This document shows, one piece after another, positions 28,154 to 38,524 of a stretch of 64,000 nucleotides of DNA. The stretch's first letter is position 1. Each line of letters begins with the position of its first letter. This DNA comes from Lentimicrobiaceae bacterium (GTDB lineage: Bacteria > Bacteroidota > Bacteroidia > Bacteroidales > F082): contig JABJIE010000015.1 of NCBI GenBank assembly GCA_018661505.1, forward strand, positions 8,424 through 72,423. The letters are read 5' to 3'. Under the pieces are notes generated by a model. The model did no database searches and was not told the DNA's origin. It saw only the letters and a program-made list of their open reading frames with translations. The position numbers and the translations under genes are program-made.

Positions 28154-29341
28154 GTGGTTACAGTTGAAAAAGCACTTGAGTTGGTCAGAAAAAGCATTAT
28201 ACCAACCAATCAAAAAGAATCGAAATCTGTTTTAAAAGCATTGAATCAAACCCTATTTGAAGATGTATTTTCACCCATTAATATGCCGCCTTTCAGGCAG
28301 TCTGCAATGGATGGTTATGCCGTTCATCTTCATGATAATTTGGTATATAAAGTAATTGATGAAGTTAAAGCAGGAGATGGACATAATCCAGATTTAAAGC
28401 CTGGTGAAGCAACACGAATTTTTACCGGAGCAGCTGTTCCTGATTCTGCAAATGCTGTAGTTATTCAGGAGAAAGTTTTGGTTAATGGAAATGAAATAAG
28501 AGTTGAAAATCAGATTAAATTAAATGACAATATAAGACCTCTTGGGGAACAGGTAAAATTAGGTGATATGGCTCTTAAAAAAGGCACTAAATTAACACCT
28601 GCTGCCATTGGATTTTTATCTTCATTGGGAATTACTGATGTATCTGTTTACAAAAAACCAAGCATTGCTTTAATTGTGACTGGCAATGAACTTATGGAGG
28701 CCGGTAAGCCATTATCCTATGGAAAAGTTTATGAGAGTAATTCAGGGTTACTTAGAAGCGCATTATTAGATCTTGGTTTTAGCAATGTATCAGTGCATAG
28801 AGTTGAAGATAGTTATGATAAAACCCTTGGGTTGTTGGATAAAGCAGTTGAAGAAAATGATTTGATTATTATTTCCGGAGGTATTTCAGTGGGTGATTAC
28901 GATTTTGTTGGCAAAGCACTAGGTGAATTGAAAGTTGAAGAAGTTTTTTATAAAGTCAAACAAAAACCGGGGAAACCTTTATTTTTTGGTAAAAAAGAGG
29001 ATAAAATAATATTTGCACTTCCTGGTAATCCTGCTTCTGCTCTAACCTGTTTTTATATCTATGTTAACTGCGCTTTACAAATAATGAATGGTAATACAAT
29101 GCATTTATCAACAAAAAATAAAGCAAAATTAACGTCTAGCTACAACAAAAAAGGTGAACGTGCAGAGTTTTTAAAGGCCTACTATGAGAATGGACAAGTT
29201 ACGATTTTAGAAGGACAAAGTTCAGCTATGCTTCAAACCTATGCCCTTGCAAATTCATTGGTATACTTACCTCTAGAATCTGTTGAAATTAATAAGAATG
29301 ATGATGTAACGGTTATCACCCTACCTATTTTAAAAGGATGA
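28154..29341 (+). CDS. moeA: Molybdopterin molybdotransferase MoeA
   Basis: 395 aa with a GTG start. 'PPFRQSAMDGYAV', 'TGAAVP..ANAVV', 'ISGGISVGDYDFV', 'GNPASA'. Confidence 0.9.
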   Translation: MVTVEKALELVRKSIIPTNQKESKSVLKALNQTLFEDVFSPINMPPFRQSAMDGYAVHLHDNLVYKVIDEVKAGDGHNPDLKPGEATRIFTGAAVPDSANAVVIQEKVLVNGNEIRVENQIKLNDNIRPLGEQVKLGDMALKKGTKLTPAAIGFLSSLGITDVSVYKKPSIALIVTGNELMEAGKPLSYGKVYESNSGLLRSALLDLGFSNVSVHRVEDSYDKTLGLLDKAVEENDLIIISGGISVGDYDFVGKALGELKVEEVFYKVKQKPGKPLFFGKKEDKIIFALPGNPASALTCFYIYVNCALQIMNGNTMHLSTKNKAKLTSSYNKKGERAEFLKAYYENGQVTILEGQSSAMLQTYALANSLVYLPLESVEINKNDDVTVITLPILKG

Positions 29342-29676
29342 AACACAAGATTAAAAGTAGAATATGGATTGAAATAGACGACCAAGTTCTCTTGGGAGAG
29401 GGGAGAGTTCGTTTATTAAAGGCCATTGATAAAACGGGTTCTTTATCACAAGCAGCAAAATTATTAAATATGTCTTATAAAAAGGCTTGGAACCTAATTG
29501 ATTCTGTAAACAAATCAGCCAAAGAAAAGGTTACCATAAACACAGTTGGCGGAAAAGGTGGTGGTGGTGCATACGTAACACACTATGGCAAATCGTTAAT
29601 AGAAGCTTTTGATAATATAAATTCAAAATGCTGGAAATATTTAGTTGAACAGGAAAAAATCATCAATAAATTATGA
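29338..29676 (+). CDS. ModE-N-terminal-like winged-helix regulator with no Mop/molybdate-binding domains
   Basis: 112 aa. 'GEGRVRLLKAIDKTGSLSQAAKLLNMSYKKAWNLIDSVN' and 'GGKGGGGAYVTHYGKSLIEAF' parallel the E. coli ModE DNA-binding domain. ATGA overlap with moeA. Confidence 0.8.
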   Translation: MKHKIKSRIWIEIDDQVLLGEGRVRLLKAIDKTGSLSQAAKLLNMSYKKAWNLIDSVNKSAKEKVTINTVGGKGGGGAYVTHYGKSLIEAFDNINSKCWKYLVEQEKIINKL

Positions 29677-30416
29677 TCCTAGATACTCAACACATTTGGC
29701 TTTTTTTATTGATACTACCAATAGTTTCATTTTTATATGCAAGCGTGGGTCATGGTGGAGCCAGTGGGTATCTTGCGTTAATGGCTTTGTTCTCTATTTC
29801 ACCTGAAGTAATGAAACCCACTGCACTATTATTAAACTTATTCGTTGCTGGAATAGCTTTTTACTATTATTATAAGGAAGGCTTTTTTAACAGCAAACTG
29901 TTTTTATATTTTGCTTCGGCTTCAATTCCAATGGCACTATTGGGAGGGATGATAGAAATAGATGCATCCAACTACAAAAGGGTATTGGGCATTTTACTGA
30001 TTTTTGCCATTTTAAAAATGTTAATTGTGTTTGGAAAGGAAAACACAAAAATTAAGAAAGTTAAAATTTGGCAAGGATTGCTGGTTGGAGGTATAATAGG
30101 ATTCTTTTCAGGGTTGATTGGCATTGGCGGAGGTATAATTTTAACACCTATTATTTTGTTACTTCATTGGGGAAAAATGAAAGAGGCAGCAGCAGTGTCA
30201 GCCTTGTTCATCTGGGTAAATTCAGCAGCAGCAATAGTAGGTCAATTAAGTATTGGTGCTGTTATCAATGAAGAGTCCTTTGTTTTGGTTGGCATTGCAA
30301 TTATTGGGGGTCTATTTGGAGGATATTATGGAAGTAAAAAAATAAATAATCAATATTTAAGATATATTTTGGCCTTTGTGTTAATAATTGCTTCCATAAA
30401 ATTACTATTGGTTTAA
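29673..30416 (+). CDS. TauE/SafE-family anion (sulfite/sulfonate-type) exporter
   Basis: 247 aa, about 8 TM, with an internal duplication carrying 'GHGGASGYLALM' and 'GIGGGIILTPIIL'. ATGA overlap with the upstream gene. Confidence 0.8.
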   Translation: MILDTQHIWLFLLILPIVSFLYASVGHGGASGYLALMALFSISPEVMKPTALLLNLFVAGIAFYYYYKEGFFNSKLFLYFASASIPMALLGGMIEIDASNYKRVLGILLIFAILKMLIVFGKENTKIKKVKIWQGLLVGGIIGFFSGLIGIGGGIILTPIILLLHWGKMKEAAAVSALFIWVNSAAAIVGQLSIGAVINEESFVLVGIAIIGGLFGGYYGSKKINNQYLRYILAFVLIIASIKLLLV

Positions 30417-30428
30417 ACTTTTGAATAA

Positions 30429-30662
30429 ATGATTTTAACATTAAAATATTTTGGTCTTCTAGTAGAAGTCACAAAATGTAAAGAAGAGCAAATAGAATTT
30501 TCAGGAACTCAGATTAGTGAGTTGCTGGAAACGATATTTTCAAGATATCCAGAACTTAAAAACAAGGATTTTCAAATAGCTCAAAATAATACAATAACAA
30601 ATGATGAAACAGAAATTTCATCCGAAGAAATAGCCCTTTTACCACCTTTTGCCGGAGGTTAA
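30429..30662 (+). CDS. moaD: Molybdopterin synthase sulfur-carrier subunit MoaD
   Basis: 77 aa, ubiquitin-like size, ends ...LLPPFAGG (C-terminal Gly-Gly). Confidence 0.8.
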   Translation: MILTLKYFGLLVEVTKCKEEQIEFSGTQISELLETIFSRYPELKNKDFQIAQNNTITNDETEISSEEIALLPPFAGG

Positions 30663-30664
30663 AT

Positions 30665-31738
30665 ATGAATAGATATAACAGACATATAATACTTTCAGAA
30701 ATTGGCCAAATAGGTCAAGATAAACTCTTCAACTCAAAAGTAATGGTAGTAGGCGCTGGAGGTTTAGGATGCCCTGTTTTGCAATATCTCACTGCTGCTG
30801 GAGTTGGCACCATTGGAATTGTTGATTTTGATGTTGTTGAAGAATCTAATCTGCAGCGACAGGTTCTTTATGGTACTTCTTCACTGGGAATGAACAAAGC
30901 AGTTGCTGCAAAAGAACGATTATTGGATCTAAATAATACAATAACAGTTAATGCCTATCCAATTAGGCTAACCCATGATAATGCTTTGGATCTTTTTAAT
31001 AATTATGATATTATAGTTGATGGTACAGATAACTTTACAACACGCTACCTTATAAATGATGCTTCGGTAATTACAAATAAACCATTGGTGTTTGGAGCAA
31101 TATATAAGTTTGAAGGACAAATTGCTGTTTTTAATCACAAAAATGGACCAAGTTATAGATGTTTATTTCCAAATCCTCCAAAAAAAGATAGAGTTCCAAA
31201 CTGTTCAGAAATTGGTGTTCTGGGAGTTTTACCAGGTATAGTTGGTTCATTTCAAGCCAATGAAGTGTTGAAAATTATATTGGGCTTGGGGGACGTATTA
31301 TCTGGTAAACTGCTATGCTATAACGCACTCTCTAATGTAACCTCTATTCTAGCAATAAATAAATCTGAAGTTGAAATAGATAAAATTATTTCAGGTAAAG
31401 ACAATTTTACAAATGCCAATGAAAATTTTAATTGTGAAACCTTAATTCCTGAAATATCCATCGAAGAAGCAGTTAAAAAACCTAACATTCAGCTTATTGA
31501 TGTTAGAGAAATTGATGAAGAGCCTAAAGTTGAAGGATTAAATATACTCCAACTTCCATTGCAAGAATTGGAAAACAACATAGATAGAATTGATACTAAC
31601 GTGGAAAATATTTTCTTTTGTCAAGCTGGAATAAGAAGCAAAATTGCAGTTTATGTTGCTCAAAGACATCATATCAACAATTGTTATAGTTCGAAGGATG
31701 GTGCGGAAAAAATATTAGACCATCTATTAAAAACATAA
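30665..31738 (+). CDS. moeB: MoaD/ThiS adenylyltransferase MoeB fused to a C-terminal rhodanese domain (MoeZ-type)
   Basis: 357 aa. 'RYNRHIIL.EIG..GQ.KL...KVMVVGAGGLGCP', the 'DGTDNF.TRYLINDA' block, and a C-terminal rhodanese-like part with 'FFCQAGIRS'. Confidence 0.9.
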   Translation: MNRYNRHIILSEIGQIGQDKLFNSKVMVVGAGGLGCPVLQYLTAAGVGTIGIVDFDVVEESNLQRQVLYGTSSLGMNKAVAAKERLLDLNNTITVNAYPIRLTHDNALDLFNNYDIIVDGTDNFTTRYLINDASVITNKPLVFGAIYKFEGQIAVFNHKNGPSYRCLFPNPPKKDRVPNCSEIGVLGVLPGIVGSFQANEVLKIILGLGDVLSGKLLCYNALSNVTSILAINKSEVEIDKIISGKDNFTNANENFNCETLIPEISIEEAVKKPNIQLIDVREIDEEPKVEGLNILQLPLQELENNIDRIDTNVENIFFCQAGIRSKIAVYVAQRHHINNCYSSKDGAEKILDHLLKT

Positions 31739-31743
31739 ATAAA

Positions 31744-32187
31744 ATGAAAGCTAAAAAATCAAAAAATGTATTCAAGGAGGGTGCCATCTCGCCAGGTTTC
31801 ATAGCTGAATCCATTGGAAAGCATCAAACCAAAACAGATATAGGTGCACATAATATCTTTTTAGGTCAGGTACGTTCAGATCAAATAGATGGTAAAGTAG
31901 TTTCGGAGATAGAATACTCTGCATTTGAAGATATGGCAAATGAAAAGTTTCATGATATTCGTGAATCGGCTTTTGATAAATTTAACCTAAGCTGTATGCA
32001 TATTTATCACAGTTTGGGCACGGTTAAAGCCGGAGAAATATGTTTATTTGTTTTTGTATCCTCCACAAGAAGAAAAGACGTATTCCTTGCCTTGGAATAT
32101 ATAGTTGAAGAAATTAAAGCACACGTTCCTATTTTTGGCAAGGAATTCTTTGAAGACCACACTCATCAGTGGAAAGTTAATTCATAA
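31744..32187 (+). CDS. moaE: Molybdopterin synthase catalytic subunit MoaE
   Basis: 147 aa. 'GAHNIFLGQVR', 'EYSAFEDMA', 'PIFGKEFFED..HQW'. Confidence 0.9.
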   Translation: MKAKKSKNVFKEGAISPGFIAESIGKHQTKTDIGAHNIFLGQVRSDQIDGKVVSEIEYSAFEDMANEKFHDIRESAFDKFNLSCMHIYHSLGTVKAGEICLFVFVSSTRRKDVFLALEYIVEEIKAHVPIFGKEFFEDHTHQWKVNS

Positions 32188-32214
32188 TAGCTTCACCAGT
32201 TTAAGAAATAAAGT

Positions 32215-33126
32215 ATGGTAGATATCACAAATAAAAGTAACACATTACGCACAGCAACTGCCCAAGCAATTTTAAAGGTTAGTAAATCACAAACCATTGA
32301 AGCCATAGAAAAAAGAACAGTGCCAAAAGGTGATGTGTTTGAAATGAGTAAAGCTGCAGGGTTATTGGGAGTAAAAAAAACATCAGATTTATTGCCCGAT
32401 TGTCATCCTTTACCAATTGAATACACGGGAATTGAATATAAAATCGATGGCTTGGAAATAATAATAAATTGTACCATAAAAACCATTTACAAAACTGGAG
32501 TTGAGGTTGAAGCTATGCATGGCGCAAGTATAGTGGCATTGAATATGTACGATATGCTAAAACCAATAGATAATGGCATTGAAATTCATAATATCAAATT
32601 AATTACTAAAAAGGGTGGTAAATCGAGTTTTAAAAACCGTTTTATAAACGAATTAACAGCAGCAGTAATTGTATGTTCTGATACTATATCTAAAGGTAAA
32701 AAAGAGGATAGGGCAGGGAAAGCAATCATAAAAAAACTTGAAGAGTCCAATGTTTCTATTTCAGATTATATAATTATTCCAGATGAAAAAAGCATTATCA
32801 GAGAAAAGGTAAATCTCTACGAAAAACAAGGAATAGACCTTGTCATTTTTACAGGAGGAACGGGCTTATCATCGCGGGATGTAACTCCAGAGGCATTGGA
32901 AGATATAATTGATAAGCACATTCCAGGGATAGAGGAAGCCATTAGAAGCTATGGACAAAATAGAACACCTTATTCTATGCTTTCTCGAAGTGTAGCAGGA
33001 GTTATAAATCAGAGCTTGGTACTTGCATTACCTGGTTCAACCAATGGAGCAAAGGAATCTATGGAAGCTATTTTCCCCTCTGTTCTCCACATTTTTGGAA
33101 TACTAAAAGGAGCAAGACACGACTGA
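32215..33126 (+). CDS. moaC: Bifunctional MoaC (cyclic pyranopterin monophosphate synthase) / MoaB-Mog-like fusion
   Basis: 303 aa. N-terminal MoaC blocks (PKGDV...[39 protein letters not shown]). C-terminal MogA/MoaB blocks ([20 protein letters not shown]). Confidence 0.9.
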   Translation: MVDITNKSNTLRTATAQAILKVSKSQTIEAIEKRTVPKGDVFEMSKAAGLLGVKKTSDLLPDCHPLPIEYTGIEYKIDGLEIIINCTIKTIYKTGVEVEAMHGASIVALNMYDMLKPIDNGIEIHNIKLITKKGGKSSFKNRFINELTAAVIVCSDTISKGKKEDRAGKAIIKKLEESNVSISDYIIIPDEKSIIREKVNLYEKQGIDLVIFTGGTGLSSRDVTPEALEDIIDKHIPGIEEAIRSYGQNRTPYSMLSRSVAGVINQSLVLALPGSTNGAKESMEAIFPSVLHIFGILKGARHD

Positions 33127-34133
33127 TGAATAGTTATACGAATATACTAACAGACTCCCACAATAGAAAACTCACGTATCTGCGCATATCCTTAACAGAA
33201 TTATGCAATTTGCGCTGTAATTACTGTATGCCAGCTGAGGGTGTTCAACTATCTCCCAAATCTCATATTATGAATTTTGATGAGATTTTTGCCATAGCAA
33301 AAACATTTGTGGACAATGGCGTAACCAAAATTCGGTTAACAGGTGGGGAGCCTCTGATTAGAAAGGATATAGAGCATATAATAAGAAAATTGTCAGCACT
33401 TCCCGTGGAATTGTCAATAACCACAAACGCGGTAATTGTTGATAATTATATTGATGTACTTAAGTCATGCAACATTCATAGTGTTAATGTTAGCTTGGAT
33501 TCCTTAAAACCAGAAAGATTTAACACTATTACAAGAAGAAATCATTTTGCACAAGTTTATGATAATATTCTATTACTCATAAAAGAAGGATTTAAGGTTA
33601 AACTAAATGCAGTAATAATAAAGGGGTTCAATGATGATGAAATAATTGACTTTGTTCAATTAACCAAAACACTTCCCATTTCAATTAGATTTATAGAGTT
33701 TATGCCTTTTGATGGAAATGAATGGGATAAGTCAAAGATGATGTCTCACTCAGAAGCCATAGATATCATAAATGCTAACTATGATCAGAAGCATGTTATA
33801 AAACTACAGGACACTAAAAACGACACCTCAAAAAATTATAAAATTGAAGGTTTTCAAGGATCATTTGGATTAATTAGTTCCATCACTAATCCATTTTGTG
33901 ATTCATGTAATAGAATCCGATTAACAGCAAATGGACATATTAAGAATTGTTTATTTTCTTCCACAGAATCCGACTTGCTAACCCCATTAAGAGCAGGAAA
34001 AGATATTACTAGAATAATTCAAGAAACTGTAAAATCAAAGTATCGAATAAGAGGCGGAATGGATACCTTGAAAAAATTGGAATCACCAGATTTACATACT
34101 AGAAACCGCAGCATGACGGCCATTGGTGGTTAG
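33126..34133 (+). CDS. moaA: GTP 3',8-cyclase MoaA (radical SAM)
   Basis: 335 aa. 'YLRISLTELCNLRCNYCMP' (CxxxCxxC), 'IRLTGGEPL', C-terminal 'CDSCNRIRLTANG', ends ...IGG. 1-nt overlap with the moaCB stop (TGATG). Confidence 0.95.
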   Translation: MNSYTNILTDSHNRKLTYLRISLTELCNLRCNYCMPAEGVQLSPKSHIMNFDEIFAIAKTFVDNGVTKIRLTGGEPLIRKDIEHIIRKLSALPVELSITTNAVIVDNYIDVLKSCNIHSVNVSLDSLKPERFNTITRRNHFAQVYDNILLLIKEGFKVKLNAVIIKGFNDDEIIDFVQLTKTLPISIRFIEFMPFDGNEWDKSKMMSHSEAIDIINANYDQKHVIKLQDTKNDTSKNYKIEGFQGSFGLISSITNPFCDSCNRIRLTANGHIKNCLFSSTESDLLTPLRAGKDITRIIQETVKSKYRIRGGMDTLKKLESPDLHTRNRSMTAIGG

Positions 34134-34169
34134 TATTTTATCTTTGGTAATATTTAAAAAAAATGGAAG

Positions 34170-34241
34170 TAGCCCCGAGTGGAATCGAACCACTATCTAA
34201 AGTTTAGGAAACTCTTATTCTATCCGTTGAACTACGGGGCC
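34170..34241 (-). tRNA. tRNA-Arg (anticodon CCT)
   Basis: My manual fold of the minus-strand 72-mer GGCCCCGTAGTTCAACGGATAGAATAAGAGTTTCCTAAACTTTAGATAGTGGTTCGATTCCACTCGGGGCTA. It has a 7-bp acceptor, D arm, anticodon stem AGAGT/ACTTT with loop TTCCTAA, and T arm AGTGG-TTCGATT-CCACT. No encoded CCA. Confidence 0.9.
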
Positions 34242-34340
34242 AAGTCTCATAATATCATTTAATAGACTTCTAAAAAGAGCTGCAAAAGTAAGATATTTTT
34301 AATAAGATAATTACCTGCTTTTGGTCGTGATATATTATTA

Positions 34341-37085
34341 CTAAAAATCTCTAAAATCTTTCTTTTTGTTCAGTTTTAGATCCTGAAGAATAGACGCCTT
34401 TACATTTATAGAAAAATTCCAACTTTTTCTTACTCCCAAAGGTATCCAACTAAACCTCATCTCCCAACAGTGCAAATCACGATATAAATTAATGGATGTA
34501 TAGGATAGCTTATTCTGTGTAAAATCCCAACCAGAGTTAAAGGTAAATTTCCATTTTGGAGTTATATTTACCTGTCCTGCAAAGGATAGAGTTTGAACAA
34601 CAGTATTGTTAGGAACTTTCATATAATCTATATATTCCAGATTATTTGTATATGTAAAGTTATAGTTAAGGTTTATTGACCAAGGAATACTCCAATCAAC
34701 ATATTCATCCAGATTATCATTTATTTCATCAATCTCATCTTCGGTAGCATTACTAGGCTTGTCTTTTTTCTTGAAATCTTTATCTCCAAGTTTGAACCCT
34801 AAACTTAATCTCCATGTGGTCTGCTCTAGACGTAAAAGTCTGCGATTTACATCCCATTCAAATTTATTTATGCGGTTACCTGCGCTATCAGCAGCGTATG
34901 GATCCCATATTGATCCATATTGTACATTAAAATTCTTCCACAGAGTTGTTCTTCCCGACATTGTTATCATGGACATATTTAATGAATCTTTTGCCAAATC
35001 GTAATTTCCTGAAATACTAAAACTCTCAACTAGCTTTATCTTTTTCAATCCAGTTATTGTATCCTTTTTTGAAGGAACTTTGATTTCAAGATTATTACCA
35101 AGGGATATACCAACCCTGCCCGATTCCTGCCCTGGAGGGGAACCATATAAGCTACCTTCAAAATGGGAGTATGTTACTTCTCTGCCGTTACCATCAATAT
35201 ATGCACCATAGTATCCAAGATTTGCGGATCCAAAATCTGGTGTATATGCAAAGTTAATGCTTGGAGTAAGTACATGCCGAATTGCTCTAACAGGACCTTT
35301 TTTAAAGCCAACCATTCCGAATAACTTTGTAGATAATGAACTAGTTATACTATAATCAATACTGTTTCTAAAACCATTAATGGTATCAATTACAACTCCA
35401 GGAGGGATGGTGTCACTACCAATTATCGTGGTGTCACTTTCCCAATATTTATTTATACTGCGACTATACATTCTGTCGGTAATATTGAAGGAAGTATTAA
35501 GAGTGAAGTATTTTAAAACCTTAATGGGGAGACTAATTGGCACCTTATGAATGGCACCTGCCTGCATATTATTTTCAATTGTTTCCATATCGAATAGGAC
35601 GGAATCAGCTGTGCTTATTTGATTTCTAGAGTTCATGGTGTATGATACACTCAGGTCCTCATAAAATTTTTTCTTTCCACCTTTTTTGCTTCTCAATGGA
35701 TAAAACCTATTAACAGTGAAGGTCATCTCAGGTAAACTTACATCTACCTTGTGGGTTTTAGTATTCTGTCGGTGGCTTGCATTTAGGGTAAGAAAGAATT
35801 TTCCACCCCAGTTTTTTTGATATGCTACACTCGACTGGAACTCATTTGAAAGGTAATCCTCTGCAGATACAACATTATACTTAACATAATTGCCACTAAC
35901 AATGTTTACATCAGCAGTAAATGTGCTATTAGGTCTTGCTTTGGGATCTTGCCTATGAGACCATCTAACCTTAAAATCAGTGCTCTTAGTATAATCTGGA
36001 GTGTCCTTTGTTCCAACAATATTAACGGCATAACCAAGATTAATATCACCACTATACTTATATCTCTTTTTGTATCTAAATCGAGGTTTGATACCCCAAC
36101 CACCTCTTGAATAAATATCACCAAGAACCTGAAAATCCATGTATTCATTTATTGCCCAGTAGTAACCGCCATCCTCAAGATAAAAACCCCTGTTTGTATA
36201 CTCACCAAAAGTAGGTATTACTATTCCTGATGTTTGACCTGTCTTGTTGGGGAAAAACCCAAATGGAAGACCAATTGGCGTTGGCATTTGTTCAATTTCC
36301 ATATACGCAGGTCCAGTTACAATCTTAGAATCAGGAATGACTCTAGATTTTTTGAACTTGAAACCAAAATGTGGGTTTTCTTCAAGATTACATGTAGTAT
36401 ATGTACCATGTAAAATATTAACCGTATTATCTTCAAGCTTCTTAACTTTTTTACCATGCAAAAATCCATTACCATCCTCAGTAACAACGCTTGATATCAT
36501 CCCCTTTTGAGTATCAAAATTGTATGTCATTGTGGTTGATTTAAAGGTTTGATCACCTTGTGTAAACTCTGGATCACCAATTATTTTTCCCGTGGTGTCT
36601 TCAAGTCCCGATGCAAATACGGTGTTTGTGGTAAGGTCTACCTCTATGAACTCTGCGCTAAGAATTATATCCTGGTATTTTACCTCAGCATCACCATATA
36701 AATATATTTTACGTTGAGATATATCCTGAACTATGGAGTCTCTGGCATAACGCTCTACTTTATCGTCAATCTTTGTACGGCTGATATTTTCATTAATTAC
36801 AGTGTCTCCAGCAATACTTGTGGAGATAACCCTATTACCCACAATAATATCCTTATAAACAAGTGTATCACCATAAGCTATTGCCAATGAGTCATTATAA
36901 CTTGTTGTTATGCTATCAGAAAGTAAAAGTACTTTTGTAAGTGAAGAGGATATTAAGCAAAGTGGGTTAAAACAGAAAACAATTATCCATAGCAATAATA
37001 TTATTTTTTTGAAATTAATATTAACTATCAAACCTTTGTAGTTTTCTGTTTTAATAACTTTAATAAAATGCAAATATAATTCCAA
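34341..37085 (-). CDS. lptD: Large outer-membrane LPS-assembly protein, LptD/OstA-like
   Basis: 914 aa. The N-terminal OstA-type beta-jellyroll repeats (..DIILSAEFIEVDLTTNTVFASG..) are followed by a long beta-barrel with alternating aromatic strands. The true start is uncertain, because the N-terminal about 25 aa precede the hydrophobic signal. Confidence 0.7.
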   Translation of the reverse strand: MELYLHFIKVIKTENYKGLIVNINFKKIILLLWIIVFCFNPLCLISSSLTKVLLLSDSITTSYNDSLAIAYGDTLVYKDIIVGNRVISTSIAGDTVINENISRTKIDDKVERYARDSIVQDISQRKIYLYGDAEVKYQDIILSAEFIEVDLTTNTVFASGLEDTTGKIIGDPEFTQGDQTFKSTTMTYNFDTQKGMISSVVTEDGNGFLHGKKVKKLEDNTVNILHGTYTTCNLEENPHFGFKFKKSRVIPDSKIVTGPAYMEIEQMPTPIGLPFGFFPNKTGQTSGIVIPTFGEYTNRGFYLEDGGYYWAINEYMDFQVLGDIYSRGGWGIKPRFRYKKRYKYSGDINLGYAVNIVGTKDTPDYTKSTDFKVRWSHRQDPKARPNSTFTADVNIVSGNYVKYNVVSAEDYLSNEFQSSVAYQKNWGGKFFLTLNASHRQNTKTHKVDVSLPEMTFTVNRFYPLRSKKGGKKKFYEDLSVSYTMNSRNQISTADSVLFDMETIENNMQAGAIHKVPISLPIKVLKYFTLNTSFNITDRMYSRSINKYWESDTTIIGSDTIPPGVVIDTINGFRNSIDYSITSSLSTKLFGMVGFKKGPVRAIRHVLTPSINFAYTPDFGSANLGYYGAYIDGNGREVTYSHFEGSLYGSPPGQESGRVGISLGNNLEIKVPSKKDTITGLKKIKLVESFSISGNYDLAKDSLNMSMITMSGRTTLWKNFNVQYGSIWDPYAADSAGNRINKFEWDVNRRLLRLEQTTWRLSLGFKLGDKDFKKKDKPSNATEDEIDEINDNLDEYVDWSIPWSINLNYNFTYTNNLEYIDYMKVPNNTVVQTLSFAGQVNITPKWKFTFNSGWDFTQNKLSYTSINLYRDLHCWEMRFSWIPLGVRKSWNFSINVKASILQDLKLNKKKDFRDF

Positions 37086-37182
37086 AAATAAGAAGCTTCG
37101 CAGAGATCACTAATTTTGGTTAATACTATTAGAAACGTGTTAATTATAAAGATATTACAATGTGTTTAAATATACCTTGTTA

Positions 37183-38451
37183 CTATTCAATTACCATTTT
37201 AAGTTCTTCTAGTTTGTTTCCACTAGACTTAATTACAGTAAATTTATAAGGCCTAATCTCAATAACCTCTCCTTTATTAGGAATGCTTTTGTAGTTGTGG
37301 ATTAGATATCCTGCAAGAGTTTCATAGTCGTCAAGAACGGGTAAATTAAACTTATATTTTTCATTTAAATAATCAATCTCAAGCCTTGCCGAGAATAAGA
37401 AAGTGTTATCAGAAATTTGCCTTTCCACATCTTCAATATTATCATACTCATCCTCAATTTCACCAAATATTTCTTCTATAATGTCTTCCATAGTGACAAT
37501 TCCAGCCGTTCCTCCAAACTCATCTAGCACGATTGCTGAGCTTTTGTGTCCCGATATAAATTTCTGAAGTAATTCATTTGCGGGCATTGTTTCTGGGTAG
37601 GGCTCAATTTCTCGTATAACTTCTTTAACTGATGATGGGCCATTTAATAAATCATAAACATGCACATAACCTATAATTTTATCAATGGTTTCTTCATAAA
37701 TAAATATTTTTGAATGACCTGTTTCCACAAGCAATTTATTATACTCTTCAACTTCTCGACCAATTTCAAGAGCTTTTATTTCAGTTCTTGGAACCATACA
37801 TTCGCGTAATTTAACGTGCTTGAAATCCATGGCATTTTGGATCATTTGGATTTCTTTATTTATTTCCACATCTGTCTCTCTAACTGTTGATATAGAATCT
37901 TTCACATATTCCTCCAAATCAACAGCACTGAATGAATACGATTCTTTAGCTAGTTTAACTCTAAATATCACTTTTAAAATTAATTCAGAGATGCCTATAT
38001 ACAATAATATTAATGGATAAAAAAGGTAGTAAAATAACCATACAGGTAATGCGAATGCTTTTAATATTGTATTGGGTCTTATGCGGAACAAAACCTTTGG
38101 AATGAACTCAGCTACTAGTAAAATTAAAAGAGTTGAAATAATTGTTTGAAATAAAAGAACTATATACTCAGAGTTAAGGGAAATGGGTAGAAGTTCAATA
38201 ATTACCGGCTCAAGTAAAGCAGCAATTGCAATTCCATAGATTACAAGTGCAATATTGTTACCCAATAATAATGCCCCTATAAACCTTGATGGATGATTGT
38301 AAAAAGCTGAAAGAATTCGTGCGGGAATTATCTTGCGTTTTAGATCAAGCTCTTGAACCAAACGATTTGAACTAACAAAAGCTATTTCCATTCCCGAGAA
38401 GAACCCCGAAAACAATAATGAGAAGATTATTATAAGACCGTTTGTACTCAT
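37183..38451 (-). CDS. CNNM/CorC-family (hemolysin-like) membrane protein with DUF21 + CBS pair + CorC_HlyC; paralog of gldE
   Basis: 422 aa. 'GMEIAFVSSN', 'SAIVLDEFGGTAGIVTMEDIIEEIFGEIEDEYD', CorC tail. Confidence 0.85.
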   Translation of the reverse strand: MSTNGLIIIFSLLFSGFFSGMEIAFVSSNRLVQELDLKRKIIPARILSAFYNHPSRFIGALLLGNNIALVIYGIAIAALLEPVIIELLPISLNSEYIVLLFQTIISTLLILLVAEFIPKVLFRIRPNTILKAFALPVWLFYYLFYPLILLYIGISELILKVIFRVKLAKESYSFSAVDLEEYVKDSISTVRETDVEINKEIQMIQNAMDFKHVKLRECMVPRTEIKALEIGREVEEYNKLLVETGHSKIFIYEETIDKIIGYVHVYDLLNGPSSVKEVIREIEPYPETMPANELLQKFISGHKSSAIVLDEFGGTAGIVTMEDIIEEIFGEIEDEYDNIEDVERQISDNTFLFSARLEIDYLNEKYKFNLPVLDDYETLAGYLIHNYKSIPNKGEVIEIRPYKFTVIKSSGNKLEELKMVIE

Positions 38452-38524
38452 GGATTATTTTAACAAATGTAAGGAATATTTCTTCAATGGGGTATCAGTT
38501 AATTGGTGTGTAAGGAAGTTAAAA

